Positions 12,601 to 23,997 of a DNA stretch of 64,000 bases are shown here, piece after piece. Source of the DNA: Amphiscolops sp. MND2022 (lineage: Eukaryota); contig OZ076409.1 of assembly GCA_964187785.1 (NCBI GenBank), positions 83,578,001 to 83,642,000 on the forward strand, given 5' to 3'. The translations under genes were made by a program, and so were the position numbers. A model generated the notes under the pieces. It was not told the DNA's origin and searched no databases. It saw nothing but the letters and a program-made list of their open reading frames with translations. The stretch's first letter is position 1, and each line of letters starts with the position of its first letter.

Positions 12601-15600
12601 GATAGAAAACGTAGACCACATTGGTGGTTTTTCCAACACCATTCGAACTGGAAAATTATATTGAATTCTTTTCGTTATTACGTCACTTTGCCTGGTGGTT
12701 AGAGCGGGAAGCAGATATTTGTGGGTTCAAATCCCGGGCTAAACTATTGATTTTTAGTCGGCGCTTTTCTAGTGAAAAGATCCCGACTATTATATTGCCG
12801 AAACGAAAAATATGGCGAAAAGGATTGTATTGGGCTTAGAGCGTCGACATTTAGGATTCTAGGCTACGAGTTCATGAGAAAAGTTTTCCTTCCAGCAAAA
12901 GACGTGAGGACATCAAATTTTGAGAATTTCAAAAATTATTTCAAACACAAACACCAATATTTCAAAGCTATTCTAATATAGTATCGAGCCTCGTGATACT
13001 TCGTGACAACTTACTGAGCTGTTTGTTCGGGAAAAAACTTTCAACTGTCTGTCTTTTTCCTGTATAAAGCTAAAGCTTTTAAGTATTTCTGCGTAAGCTG
13101 TAATATCATAAAAACAGTAAAATGGACTGTTTTCTCCTCATTTTGAAAGTGAACAACTTTCTGTAAATATAAAAGCTATATATGACCAAAAGGCCCCATT
13201 AGATTTTTTGGCACTCTACCACTGTTGTACTCTCTTTTGATGTTTTCATTGAATTTTTCAGTCCAAAAGTTTTTTTGGTGTCCAAAGACGTTGTTATCTT
13301 GTTGACGTACTGTTCAAGGTATTTTCTTGTCAACTATCAGTGTTGCTATCAGTTTTTAGTCGGCGATTTCGATAGAAAACGTAGACCACATTAGTTGTTT
13401 TTCCAACACCATTCGAACTGGAAAATTATATTGAATTCTTTTCGTTATTACGTCACTTTGCCTGGTGGTTAGAGCGGGAAGCAGATATTTGTGGGCTCAA
13501 ATCCCGGGCTAAACTATTGATTTTTAGTCGGCGCTTACCTAGTGAAAAGATCCCGACTATTATATTGGCTAGTTTTTAGTCGGCGCATTTTCCTTTAAGG
13601 AAAAAAGCCCGACTATTACAGTGGCTAGTTTTTTTTTTCGTCAGACCACAGAGCTCATCGCGTATGTACCACTTTTTACAGAAACTGATAAGTTCACTCA
13701 GGCCAAGTTCGACCAATGCAAACTTACTGCAAAGGGTCCCCCCTTTCGTTTTTTACCTTTTTTACGTAACCTACAAAACCGGAAGACTCCAAAGGGCCCC
13801 CCCTTTCAATTTTTTTTTCGGCACTGTGCGAATTTTTTTTCGAAAATTTTTAATGTCTCAAAAGAGTCCCACCTTCGGAATTTTTGATATTTTGCAACAG
13901 AAAAAATGTTAATGAATCCCAAAGGGTCCCCCCTTTTCATTTTTCGGCACTATGCGACGCTTTCGAAGTTTTTTTCAAAAATTTTCTATTTTTTTGTTTC
14001 CAGTCGGGAAAAGTGATTTTCCAGTCATATCGAGCATGAAAGGCACACTTTGGGTGTCTCGAATACATCCTGGGCACATTTAGAAATTTCTGCGCTTTTT
14101 GAGCCTTAGATATAGCGCCGACTCTAGACGTTCCCGTCTTGTTTTTAGTTGGCGCATTTTCCTTTAAGGAAAAAAGCCCGACTATTACAGTGGCTAGTTT
14201 TTTTTTTTTCGTCAGACCACAGAGCTCATCGCGTATGTACCACTTTTTACAGAAACTGATAAGTTCACTCAGGCCAAGTTCCACCAATGCAAACTTACTG
14301 CAAAGGGTCCCCCTTTCGTTTTTTACCTTTTTTACGTAACCTACAAAACCGGAAGACTCCAAAGGGTCCCCCCTTTCAATTTTTTTTCGGCACTGTACGA
14401 ATTTTTTTTCGAAAATTTTTAATTTCTCAAAAGAGTCCCCCCTTCGGATTTTTTGATATTTTGCAACAAAAAGTATGTTAATGAATCCCAAAGGGTCCCC
14501 CCTTTTCATTTTTCGGCACTATGCGACGTTTTCGAAGTTTTTTTCAAAAAAAATTTTTCAAAAAAATTTTCAAAAATTTTTTTGTTTCCAGTCGAGAAAA
14601 GTGATTTTCCAGTCATATCGAGCATGAAAGGCACACATTGGGTGTCTCGAAAGTGTTTTCAAAGCTTTTCATGAATACATCCTGGGCATATTTAGAAAAC
14701 TGAGCTTTTTGAGCCTTAGATATAGCGCCGACTTTAGACGTTCCCGTCTTGTTCTTTTTTTTTTTCGTCAGACCACAGACCTCATCGTGTATGTACCACT
14801 TTTTAGTACAGACTTTACTCGGTTTACGGTGAACCCAGCGGTCACGGGTTCGGGTCCTTGCTTTAGCCAGAAACTTTTTCGAGCATTTGCGAAAGCGGAC
14901 GAGATTGAAGGGTCCCCTCTTCCAATTTTTTTCAGCACTGTGCGACTTTCGATTTTTTTGCCTTCAAAGGGTCCCCGCTTCAATTTTTTGGTATTTTGCA
15001 ACAAACTGGATTTTCAAAAAGCCTGAAGGGTCCCCCTTTTTACAGTTTTAAAAACTTTGCGCTTTTTGAGCCTTAGATATAGCGCCGACTTTAGACGTTC
15101 CCGTCTTGTTTGTTTTAGCAAAGGTAAACGAGACCATGGGGTCCCCTTTGGTTTAAAATTATTTTCAGTTCGGAAAAAGCGTTTTGCGAGCCTCAAGGCA
15201 CTGTTCTTTAACTTGAAAAAGTTTCTCCAAATTTGATATTCTTGATGTTTTCAGTTGAAGTGTTCCCCCTTTGATATTTTTGGCTCTGTAAGAGTGATTT
15301 CACGCTTACTAAACCATGCTTTGCATAAACTTCCCAATCCTTGCCTTTACTACCCTTCTGCTGCTTGTCTTCAATTTCGCAATCGGTTCTCATCTCCGGA
15401 CTTAAAAGTTGCGGCTTATTTTTGGTTTCGCACCTGCAATTGATTTGGTTATTTTCATCACACTATTGTAGCCTTGTCAATGCACGAAGATTGTTTGTTT
15501 AGAGCATAAAAGTGATCACTGAAAATGCATCAACGAAAGTGGCGAAGTTCGCTTTTGAGTTTGCCAAAGCACAAGGTAGGAAGAAGGTCACTGCTGTGCA

Positions 15601-16717
15601 CAAGAGCAATATCATGCGCATGTCAGACGGTCTGTTTTTGGAGTGCTGTCGAAGGATGAGTCTGAACTACCCTGAGATCGAGTTCACTGAAATGTACCTT
15701 GACACTCTCTGCATGGGCATGGTTCAACAACCAAGTTAGTTGCCTCCTTCTATGAACTGCTTCATTGCGAATTGAGTTTTTCTTTCGTACTTTTTTGTGT
15801 ATTGTGCTATTGAGGAGAACCGCTGCCACTGTGCGGAAAAGTCCATTCGCTCCAATTGATTTGATGACCTCAAGGTTGCATCATGAGTCGAGAACCTAAA
15901 GCGAACATTAAAGCACTTGTTGCGGACCATGTTTTTATTCCCCCCAAGCGGTTGCGGGGGGGGGGGTGTTCGGTTGGATAAGAAACAAGGACAATGTTCA
16001 AATATCATTATGTCGACATCGTTTGCGCTGAAATTCCGGTCCAATAAAATAACTGATGTCGACATAATATCTTTTACTTTGATTCACAGTTAAAAGTTGC
16101 TCAATTGAATTTATGGCGGAGAAAATTTGAGTTAAAATAGATAGGTACGGGCTTTCCTATACAGTTTTAGCTCGTTCCATGTGTGAATTCTGTTTTTTTG
16201 TCAGAAAACTATCAAAAATCCGGATGAAAAAGCCTTCTTTTATATATTGAAGTCCACGAAGTATTAACTAAGAGTATCTGTTAAACACCAGTGACGAAAC
16301 TTGTCAACCTAAAAAGAAAATACCCGATTAATTCACAATAGTCACATTGTTTCAGACAAGTTCGACGTGTTAGTTTTGCCAAATCTGTATGGTGACATTT
16401 TGAGCGACCTTTGCGCCGGTCTAATTGGTGGGTTGGGGCTCACGCCTTCTGGAAATATTGGAGCTGACGGAATTGCTATTTTTGAAGCCGTACACGGAAC
16501 TGCGCCAGACATTGCTGGACAAGACAAGGCCAACCCCACAGCTTTGCTTCTCAGTGGAATAATGATGCTGAGACATCTAGCGATGCACGACCAAGCTCAG
16601 AGGATAGAAAAGGCAGTTTTCAACACCATCACACAGGCAAAGTACTTGACCCGGGATTTAGGCGGTAAAGCCAGTTGCTCAGACTACACAAATGCCATCT
16701 GTGATAATTTGGACTAA
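9616..16717 (+). CDS. IDH3A: Mitochondrial NAD-dependent isocitrate dehydrogenase subunit alpha, 360 aa; exons 9616-9822, 11075-11356, 15503-15734, 16356-16717
   Basis: Transit-peptide-like N-terminus, then [77 protein letters not shown] (catalytic alpha-type), TRDLGG; phases consistent (1083 nt). Confidence 0.95.
10030..10350. repeat. 189-bp-period tandem duplication containing a HINE family 1 3' end
   Basis: ...atagagtcctttcgcttagttataac...gggcgccaacttgggccgtttccggcttgttaaattatgcttt twice (hairpins at ~10120-10148 and ~10309-10337). Confidence 0.85.
12025..13565. repeat. ~770-bp near-identical tandem duplication in IDH3A intron 2 (12025-12795 / 12796-13565)
   Basis: tgccgaaacgaaaaatatggcg starts at 12025 and 12796; both units end in the HINE 5' end ...gaaaagatcccgactattatat. 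Confidence 0.95.
13573..15110 (+). mobile_element. Head-to-tail array of three Helentron-associated non-autonomous elements (HINE family 1): 13573-14143, 14144-14753, 14754-15110 (5' truncated)
   Basis: 5' tttttAGTCGGCGC...gcCCGACT (subTIR plus IR); 3' GCGCCGACT-tt-AGACGttccCGTCT-tgtt (subTIR plus hairpin) recurring at 14143, 14753 and 15110. Confidence 0.8.
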
Positions 16718-17168
16718 TGTAATCTGTTAGATTTATAACTAGAAATTTGGATAAATTAACACAATAATGATTGCTCATATTGAATTCACAAAAACAAACT
16801 TCAAGTTCGAATGAAAACATTTTTTACTTCCAGCACTTTTCAATTAGGTATTTAGAAAAGCAGTTTGAATTATTCCGAAAGGAAGATGTAAGTTATTCGG
16901 AATACTGAAATATACGCGTCTTTGGCGCAATATATAAGTACATCAGTTGTACCAATCAGCGTTTGATTTCAACAGCTGTTTTTAAAAGCGCAAAGAATAG
17001 TTAAGCCGAGTGACAACTTGATAGAATACCTGAACAAATGGCGAGTATCGTTCAGAAAGAAATGAATGCTTTGTACTTTTTCGCATTCTGAAGTAGTGGT
17101 GAAAAACTTAGTTGGTGATAGCAAGTTGATAAACCGCATTAACAGAAGAAACTAGGCCTACATTGAAC

Positions 17169-17508
17169 CAGAGTTTTGACATCGCTAATTTTTTTCGCTA
17201 ATCGCTAAACCGCTAATTTCAAAATCACTATTTCGCTGAAAAACTTCTTCAACCATTAAGTGTTTCAACCATGAACGATAACTTAATTCAATTTTTGCTA
17301 GAAAAAAAACTAGACCTTTCTATATTGTGTGGGTTTTACAGTTGTTATTTTTCGGAATTCATTTTAAAACTCCTTGTATTTTCCGAGAAAATTTTGAATT
17401 TGAACAATTTATTAGTTGCCGCTAATTTGAATCGAAAATAGAATCGCTGAAAAAATTCTGCGCGGCAGCTAATTCGCTAAATCGCTGATTAGCGGTGTCA
17501 AAACTCTG
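17169..17508. mobile_element. 340-bp hAT-like MITE
   Basis: 8-bp TSD cattgaac (17161-17168, 17509-17516); TIRs cagagttttgacatcgctaat / attagcggtgtcaaaactctg. Confidence 0.9.
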
Positions 17509-18042
17509 CATTGAACACTTGTTGGTGAATACTTGAATACGAAATCAAACTTTGGATTATTTTGTCAAAAGTTTTGTTGGCAAAACAACTGTGCTTTTAT
17601 GTGCCATATTTCGTCCATTTATGGTATGATCCTTGTTTTTTAGAGCCCAGGGTGTCAAAACTCACTGTAATCTTCAATCATACAGAAGCGTGAATTCATC
17701 TGGTTTCTGAATCCAGCTATTATCACATTCATGAAATGAATAGCAGCGTTTAAAACCTCCAAGAATAAGAAATCCAAAAGGCCAACATTTTGTATCTTGA
17801 AACATATATTACTGAAGACAGGAGAAATTCATAGTTACTGCCGCCGTTTACCCGCTCTTGATTGAATTTCTTCACTTGACATTCGGACCACTGTGTCAAA
17901 ATCACATTCCGTCAGCACCAGAGTTTTACACCACTAAATTAGCAATTTGGAGAACTAGCGGCAGCGCAGGAATTTTTCAGCGATTCAAATACAACTAATA
18001 TAATGTCTGAATTCGAAATTTTCTCAAATTTCTTTTTACAGA

Positions 18043-18508
18043 TTTTTAGTATTCCTGCGATAGCAGGAATGTTATTGAAATCTCAAGATGTCTACTTTTT
18101 TTCAGTACAAGTCTTCGCACGATACTGAATAATTCAGATATTTGTTCGGCAGTGACTATAAGCGTGAAAATTAAATTCTCAAGCTGCCGACGACATTTCA
18201 ATTCTCGTGCTATGGAACGAGCGAGTAGTAATTATGCATTCGTACGCTGACGTCATTGAGATGAAGCGAATGAGTGTTAATTATTTGTTCGTTGAAAGCT
18301 TCGCCTGCGTTCAAATGCGAATGCGAAACTTCGTCTACGCTTAGTTGTTATATTTGCTTTAGTCCGAGATTTAAAGGCGGTATAAACTGATACCCTGATT
18401 AATTGTGCACTTAATGATTAAACAGGGGTGTATTGGTATTCCAGATATGATTCTATTATTAATGAAAGATTAAAGCAGAAATAGTAATGTGCCGCGGAGG
18501 GGCCTATT
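18043..18508 (+). mobile_element. HINE-like element family 3
   Basis: 5' ttagTATTCCTGC-gata-GCAGGAAT; 3' GCAGAAATAgtaa then GC hairpin-like gccgcggaggggc-ctatttt; homologues at 37155-37585 and 39761-40072. Confidence 0.65.
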
Positions 18509-18510
18509 TT

Positions 18511-19230
18511 AACGAGCCGGGAACGGCCCAAGTCGGCGCCCCGCTCAAGTTCAAAAAAGTAGTTTTTTACATATGCAAAAGTACTTTTCTTAAAATTCCT
18601 CAATTTTACAGTGCGAAATTATACCTCAAGGGATACGCATAAGACTCGAAAATCAATTTTTCCACAACTGGAGACAACTGAACCTCTCAAAAATTGAGGA
18701 AAATTTTTTTCCGATATTTTTTTCGAATTTTTTTTAAATCTCCGGTAAGTCGCATAGTGCCGAAAAATGTAAAAGGGGGACCCTTTGGGATTTTTTGAAC
18801 ATCAATTCTGTTGCAAAATATCAAAAAATTGAAGGGGGACCCTTTGGAGACATTAAGAAAATTGCGAAAAAAGCAACAAAGTCGAAATAACATGTACAAA
18901 AAAATTTTGGTCGAGGGCGAGACTCGAACTCACGTCCTTCTTCGCAGACCTAAAAAATCTTGATTAACCTCTATGCCAAGTGGCAGTAGAAGTTTAGTGT
19001 GGCAGTTAGTGGAAGCAACAGCTTATAAAGCTTATAAAATCTGTCTCGTCGTTGGTCGTGAATTCAAATGACTAAATTAAGTTTCTGCAAGGTAAAAATA
19101 CAGGAATTTTTTGAAATTCATTTTTACTAAGCGCTTTTGGTCGAAAACGCAGACTATAGCACTGGCTTTTTTTTCAAGACCAACGACGTGCTATAGTCTG
19201 CGTTTTCGACCAAAAGCGCTTAGTAAAAAT
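18511..19230 (-). mobile_element. HINE family 1 copy with tRNA-like module; 5' end rearranged by an inverted duplication
   Basis: aacgagccgggaacggcccaagtcggcgcc at 18511 (rc of 3' end); gggggaccctttgg core; gggcgagactcgaac (rc of B box). Confidence 0.75.
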
Positions 19231-19291
19231 GAATTTCAAAAAATTCCTGTATTTTTACCTTGCAGAAACTTAATTTAGTCATTTGAATTCA
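19059..19291. repeat. Perfect inverted repeat, ~104-bp arms, 25-bp spacer
   Basis: tgaattcaaatgactaaattaag...gactatagcac / gtgctatagtc...cttaatttagtcatttgaattca. Confidence 0.95.
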
Positions 19292-20386
19292 AAACATACT
19301 TGAAGTCAAATATTTGATAGTTTGAGGGAAAACTTTTCCAGCGAATCAGCAATTTTTAAAATATCGCCTTTAGCGGAAAAAGTAACAATGTCGAAACACT
19401 GGTCAGCACTAAGTTTCAACACGTTCCAGCTGCTGTTTTAGTCGGGAAGCTTCTGAAGTTGCATGCTTGTGCTACTTCTTCAACAGTGTAAAGATATCTC
19501 GAAGTGACAAATATTCATTCACACCAAAAATATTAAGTAAATGCTATTCATATGAATGAATATTTTAATCGTTTTGACAGTCAACGAGGGATGCTTAGAC
19601 CGGTTGAGTTAGCTCGAAGAATCTGTTTACTTTCTGGTCAGATTTTCTGGCTGATTTGTTGAAATGATTAATGAAGCTTGTGGCATCATTAAACGAGCTT
19701 ATAAATCCAAAAGTTGCAGGTTTTTTTATCGTTTTTGGCAGTCAACGAGACTGCTTAGACCGGTTGAGTTAGCTCGAAGAATTAGTTTACTTTCTGACAT
19801 TCTGGTCTCTGATATTCTGGCAATTTTTGAAAACCTACCCCGTGCATTAAACTTGTAATTATAGAAAACATGGTGTGTCGATAAATCCATTGGCGGTTTA
19901 ATTTGAACGTTAATTTAAATTTAAAGATTACAACGTTTCTAATGCTAACTTATGTTTTGTGATGCCGACCAATTATTCCAGTTTGCATATGCTGTGTAAA
20001 TTTGCGTTTTTTTTGTGATTGGTTATTTAACCGATGTTAACGGTAAAATTTTGAAGCTTATGTCGTAACTGGATCCTAGCGTTATTCCGTAAAATATTCT
20101 GCGTAGCGATTTAGCGTTGTATACTTTCTAGTTATTACTAATATATAATTCATCAATAATATCCATGTGAGAAAAATTAATTTTGCGAACATTATCTGGA
20201 AATTCAATTAATGAATATTTCTTCATTATACCAAATTATGGGTTCACTAAAATATTTTCTTCATTTGACTACCAGTGGCGTAGTGATGAAGTTAGTTCTT
20301 TTTACTCAAACTTGGGGGTTTTACTAAATTCCCCCTGAAAGGAAGCTTGATCTTGAGGGGAGCTTGTAGTTGTTAGATCATTCATG

Positions 20387-20760
20387 AACAAGCCGGGAAC
20401 GGCCCAAGTCGGCGCCATATCTAAGGCTCAAAAATAGCAAAAGGACTCTCTTCTACAGTACACGAATGAGGGAAAAATGTCCAATTTTTTTGAAGTTTCC
20501 GGTAAGTCGCATAGTGCCGAAAAATGTAAAAAGGGGAACCCTTTGGGATGTTTTGAACATCCATTTTGTTGCAAAATAGAAACAAATTGAAGGGGGGACC
20601 CTTTGGAACATTACAAAAATTTGCGACAAAAAAGTCTCACAAAGCCGAAATAACAAATTTTGGTCAAGGGCGAGACTCGAACCCATGTCCTTCTGCTTGG
20701 TAGACCTCAAAAATCCTAATTAACTTCTATGCCAAGTGCCAGTAGAAGTAACAGTTCAAA
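20387..20760 (-). mobile_element. HINE family 1 copy, 5'-truncated
   Basis: aacaagccgggaacggcccaagtcggcgccatatctaaggctc; core repeats; tRNA-like boxes at ~20665-20735. Confidence 0.75.
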
Positions 20761-21997
20761 CAGTTCAACTTGACCACTACAAATATGGTACCATAAACTG
20801 CTATGGAAAAATAGTATCCGAAAAGTTCATTCGGCACCCACCCCGCGCAATTAGGAAATCAGCTTTCTTTTAGCCTTTCTAGGAAACTTTTCGAAATTGC
20901 TTTCGATAAAAGTGTATTCGCGTCAAAACTTGATGGCAGTCAGACTTTTGATACTCTTCGTATTTTAGGCAAGAAAGTTTTGAAAATTGAACCTTCATTG
21001 CGGATTGTTTTCAAGTTTAATTTGATTGGATAGTAAAAGCAATTTTCGTACTAGTCGATTGTCCTGTACATTTTGCAATTTTCGTATTCGTAAGAAAGAC
21101 AAATGTAGTTTTAGCCGGAATATTTTCTTTTCAGATCTGTCGAAAGCTTTTTTTTAGTTGAAAATATTCCAAATTCTTCTTGAAACAAATGAGGCTTGAA
21201 GGTATATCAGCAGGTTATACGAATTATATCGCACTGCATTTTGTTATCCACCGTTTTCTTTAGAATATGAAAAATCTTTGAAAAACACACAAGTTGGCCT
21301 AGAGATCAGAGTTCGAGGTTACCTTATCGAATTGAACTGATGCTGTTCTCAAACGAAATCAAAATGCTATTTCCGAGTTTGACCAATCGTATATATGATA
21401 TATATGAGCATATATGATATTGAGCGATGACAGCAGGTGTTCGAGTCTAACTAGGGTCTAGCTTTTGTATCGTTTCAAATCAAGCAATGAGAATAAGTTT
21501 TTCTGATATGACTGTGTATAACATCAAAAATGCGCTATATTTGTTTTTTTAAACGTATTAGATACTTTCGTATTGGATAAGTTTTGGCCCGAAAAAGGTG
21601 AAGGAAACATTCAGTTTTAGTCCGCGCTCTATCAAGTGTAAGAGGACTTCCACGGTGGTTTCTCGTCGGCTTTTTTAGTCGGCGCTTTCCATTTGAAAAA
21701 GTCTTAGTGACTTGTTGTTTTGCTTCACCTTGACACGTCCTGTTTTATAAATAATTTCGTTTACAGATTGACGACACTCCTAGCCCAATCATTAGCGTGG
21801 GAAGCTTGCGAGCAGGAATTTGTGTGTTTGAATCCCACGCTCGTGCACAATTTGCGAGATATACAAGATCAAGAGTCCTGCCTTGTGATATTTTTCGGCA
21901 CTGTTCGACTTTTTCAATTTTGTGTTAACTTCACTTTCCATCCTGTTTTCACTGGGGAAAAGACGTTTTTCGACCCTAAAGGCCCCCTTTAGGTGTA

Positions 21998-22590
21998 TTA
22001 GGAGTCGGAAAAAATTTTCGAATACTTATGCAATCGTGCTGTTTTTTTTTCTCCCGACCTTTTCATGGAAATTTCAAATTTCTCAAAAACTGTCCATACG
22101 ATTTTCACGAAATTTTGCACAGTCATTCTACACCTAAAGGGGCCCCTGCGCGCGCAAAGGCATCAAAATCGTATGGTTGGGATGTGAGAAACATAGCCAA
22201 AATTAGCCCAAAAATGGCCAAAAAACACTCATTTTTCGATTTTTTTTCTATTTTCTCAAAAACTGTCCATACGATTCGAATGAAATTTTGTACAGTCATT
22301 CTACACCATGTTATGGTCCTTTGTGTGTAATTTCAACAAATTCGTATTGCTGGGATGTGAGAAAAACAGCCTAAATTAACCCAAAAATGGCCAAAAAACA
22401 GCCATTTTTCGTTTTTTTTTTGACGTTTGCTAAAACTGTTCATACGATTCGAAAGAAAATTTTTAGTCATTTTCTACACCATAGTATGGTCCTATGTGTG
22501 CAATTCCAATAGATTGTTATTACTGGGATTGGGGCGAGTCAGAAGAAAAAAACCTAAGCCGACTCCTTTACCGCATATGCGGCTCTGGTT
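21998..22590 (+). mobile_element. HINE-like element family 2 with ~180-bp internal subrepeats
   Basis: 5' ttAGGAGTCGG...cCCGACCT; 3' CCGACTCCT-tta-CCGCAtaTGCGG-ctctggtt; matching 3' fragment at ~38140-38300. Confidence 0.7.
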
Positions 22591-22629
22591 AGAGACAGCG
22601 AATTCTCTCGAAAATTGTTACTGGAAATA

Positions 22630-23997
22630 CACCATTTGAAGGCGAAATTAATGAAAACTCCCTACTTATCAAACTCAGATCGAATTTAAACAAATAGTGA
22701 AAAGTAAAATAGATTCGATCAAAAGTAAAATGAAATAAAACGAGTCGTAAAACTCAGACGGAATTGGACAAACCTATATGAAATTAACCAGTTTCTGAAA
22801 TTAACCTGGATATTTTCTCTCACAATACAAGCTGACAAATACTTGGTTGTGTGGTTGTACAACGATGCACATTTCGATGGTGTGACTACCACTGCAGTGG
22901 AGTTGATAAAGTCTTTAATTGTATCAAATCGACAAGCTTGGAGAGTCCTGCCTCGTAGTTGTCGATCCGTTGGCATTCTTAATTCCTGCCTTCTACTTTC
23001 TAGAAAATTCTTCATTGCTTGTTTCGAACAACTGATTGCATTTTCCGCCATATTTAAAAATGGGGAATATATGGGTAGTTTCTTCACAGTAAAATTGTTT
23101 GGGACATCTTGATAGTGATTCGAACGTGGGGCCTCCCATTACCATATACGCATATGCCAGATGCTTTGCTATTTTCTATGACCTAATTGCCACATAATAC
23201 TTCGAGGTAACGGTTAAAACGCTCAGTAGTCAAACCGCCCGAAAAATTTTGATAGTGAGATAATCCACGAGTACCAGCTACCGCAATGCAAATAGTGACA
23301 TTGAGGGTCCACGTTGCCGCCCTACTTTCCGGTAGGTTCTTTCTTCCTTCCTCCACCGCCCTTGACTGCACCTTGTTTGAATTTTCACACCAAATTCAGC
23401 AATGAAAAACTTGTTTTCACGAGATTTGAATCCATAAGCCAGAGTGCGTACTGATATCGTTCTTCAATAGTCGCATTAGCATTTTGGTCGGCCGGCTCAT
23501 CTCGTGCCGGTTTCAATGTAATGGGAGATCCATCCAGAGGGTACGATAGCGCTTAACATCGGCTTCTTTGGACATGCGTGGTGTTTTTTGGCGTTAAGTT
23601 CTCGTAAGGTCTACAGGTGGTCATTTTCTAATAACTCAATTAGTTCATCTACGCACTCCTGGTCCACTTTTCGGTTAGTGCCTGTCCCTCCTCGATATCT
23701 GATAATCGCAGAACCTCTGCGAATTATGTTATACGCAGTGGTTCTATTGATTACAAGGGTTACTGTTAACTGTATGAAATCTTTGTTAGCTTCGTAGGCA
23801 TTAAGAATCCGTTGCTTATCTTGTCCCGAAATTTTAGAATGTGGTCTAATGGAATGACGAGATCTTGTTAATCAAATGGAGAATGTTTTAATTCAAGTCA
23901 GCTTGACTAAATTCAATGCAGAAAACATGCATATTTGAATTTTTCTAACGGATGTTAAAATCCGTTGGAGTTTCGATTGATTCGCTTTGAAATGGTA
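22630..23997 (-). mobile_element. Decayed IS630/Tc1/mariner-superfamily DNA transposon (transposase pseudogene ~22770-23850)
   Basis: LPIYSPFLNMAENAIS (LPxYSPxLNPIE-like), NVTICIAV, and an N-terminal HTH-like segment broken by stops and frameshifts; TIRs TA-caccatttgaaggcgaa / ttcgctttgaaatggta-TA. Confidence 0.85.

Noticed and set aside
13621..15196. Many K/F/G/P-rich ORFs (e.g. 13937-14509, 190 aa; similar at 34758, 39148, 41198)
   Set aside because: Chance frames through HINE internal repeats (gggggaccctttgg, A/T runs); no domain motifs and frames are not conserved between copies
19563..19815. Diverged ~160-bp tandem duplication
   Set aside because: Real but unremarkable; no associated structure found
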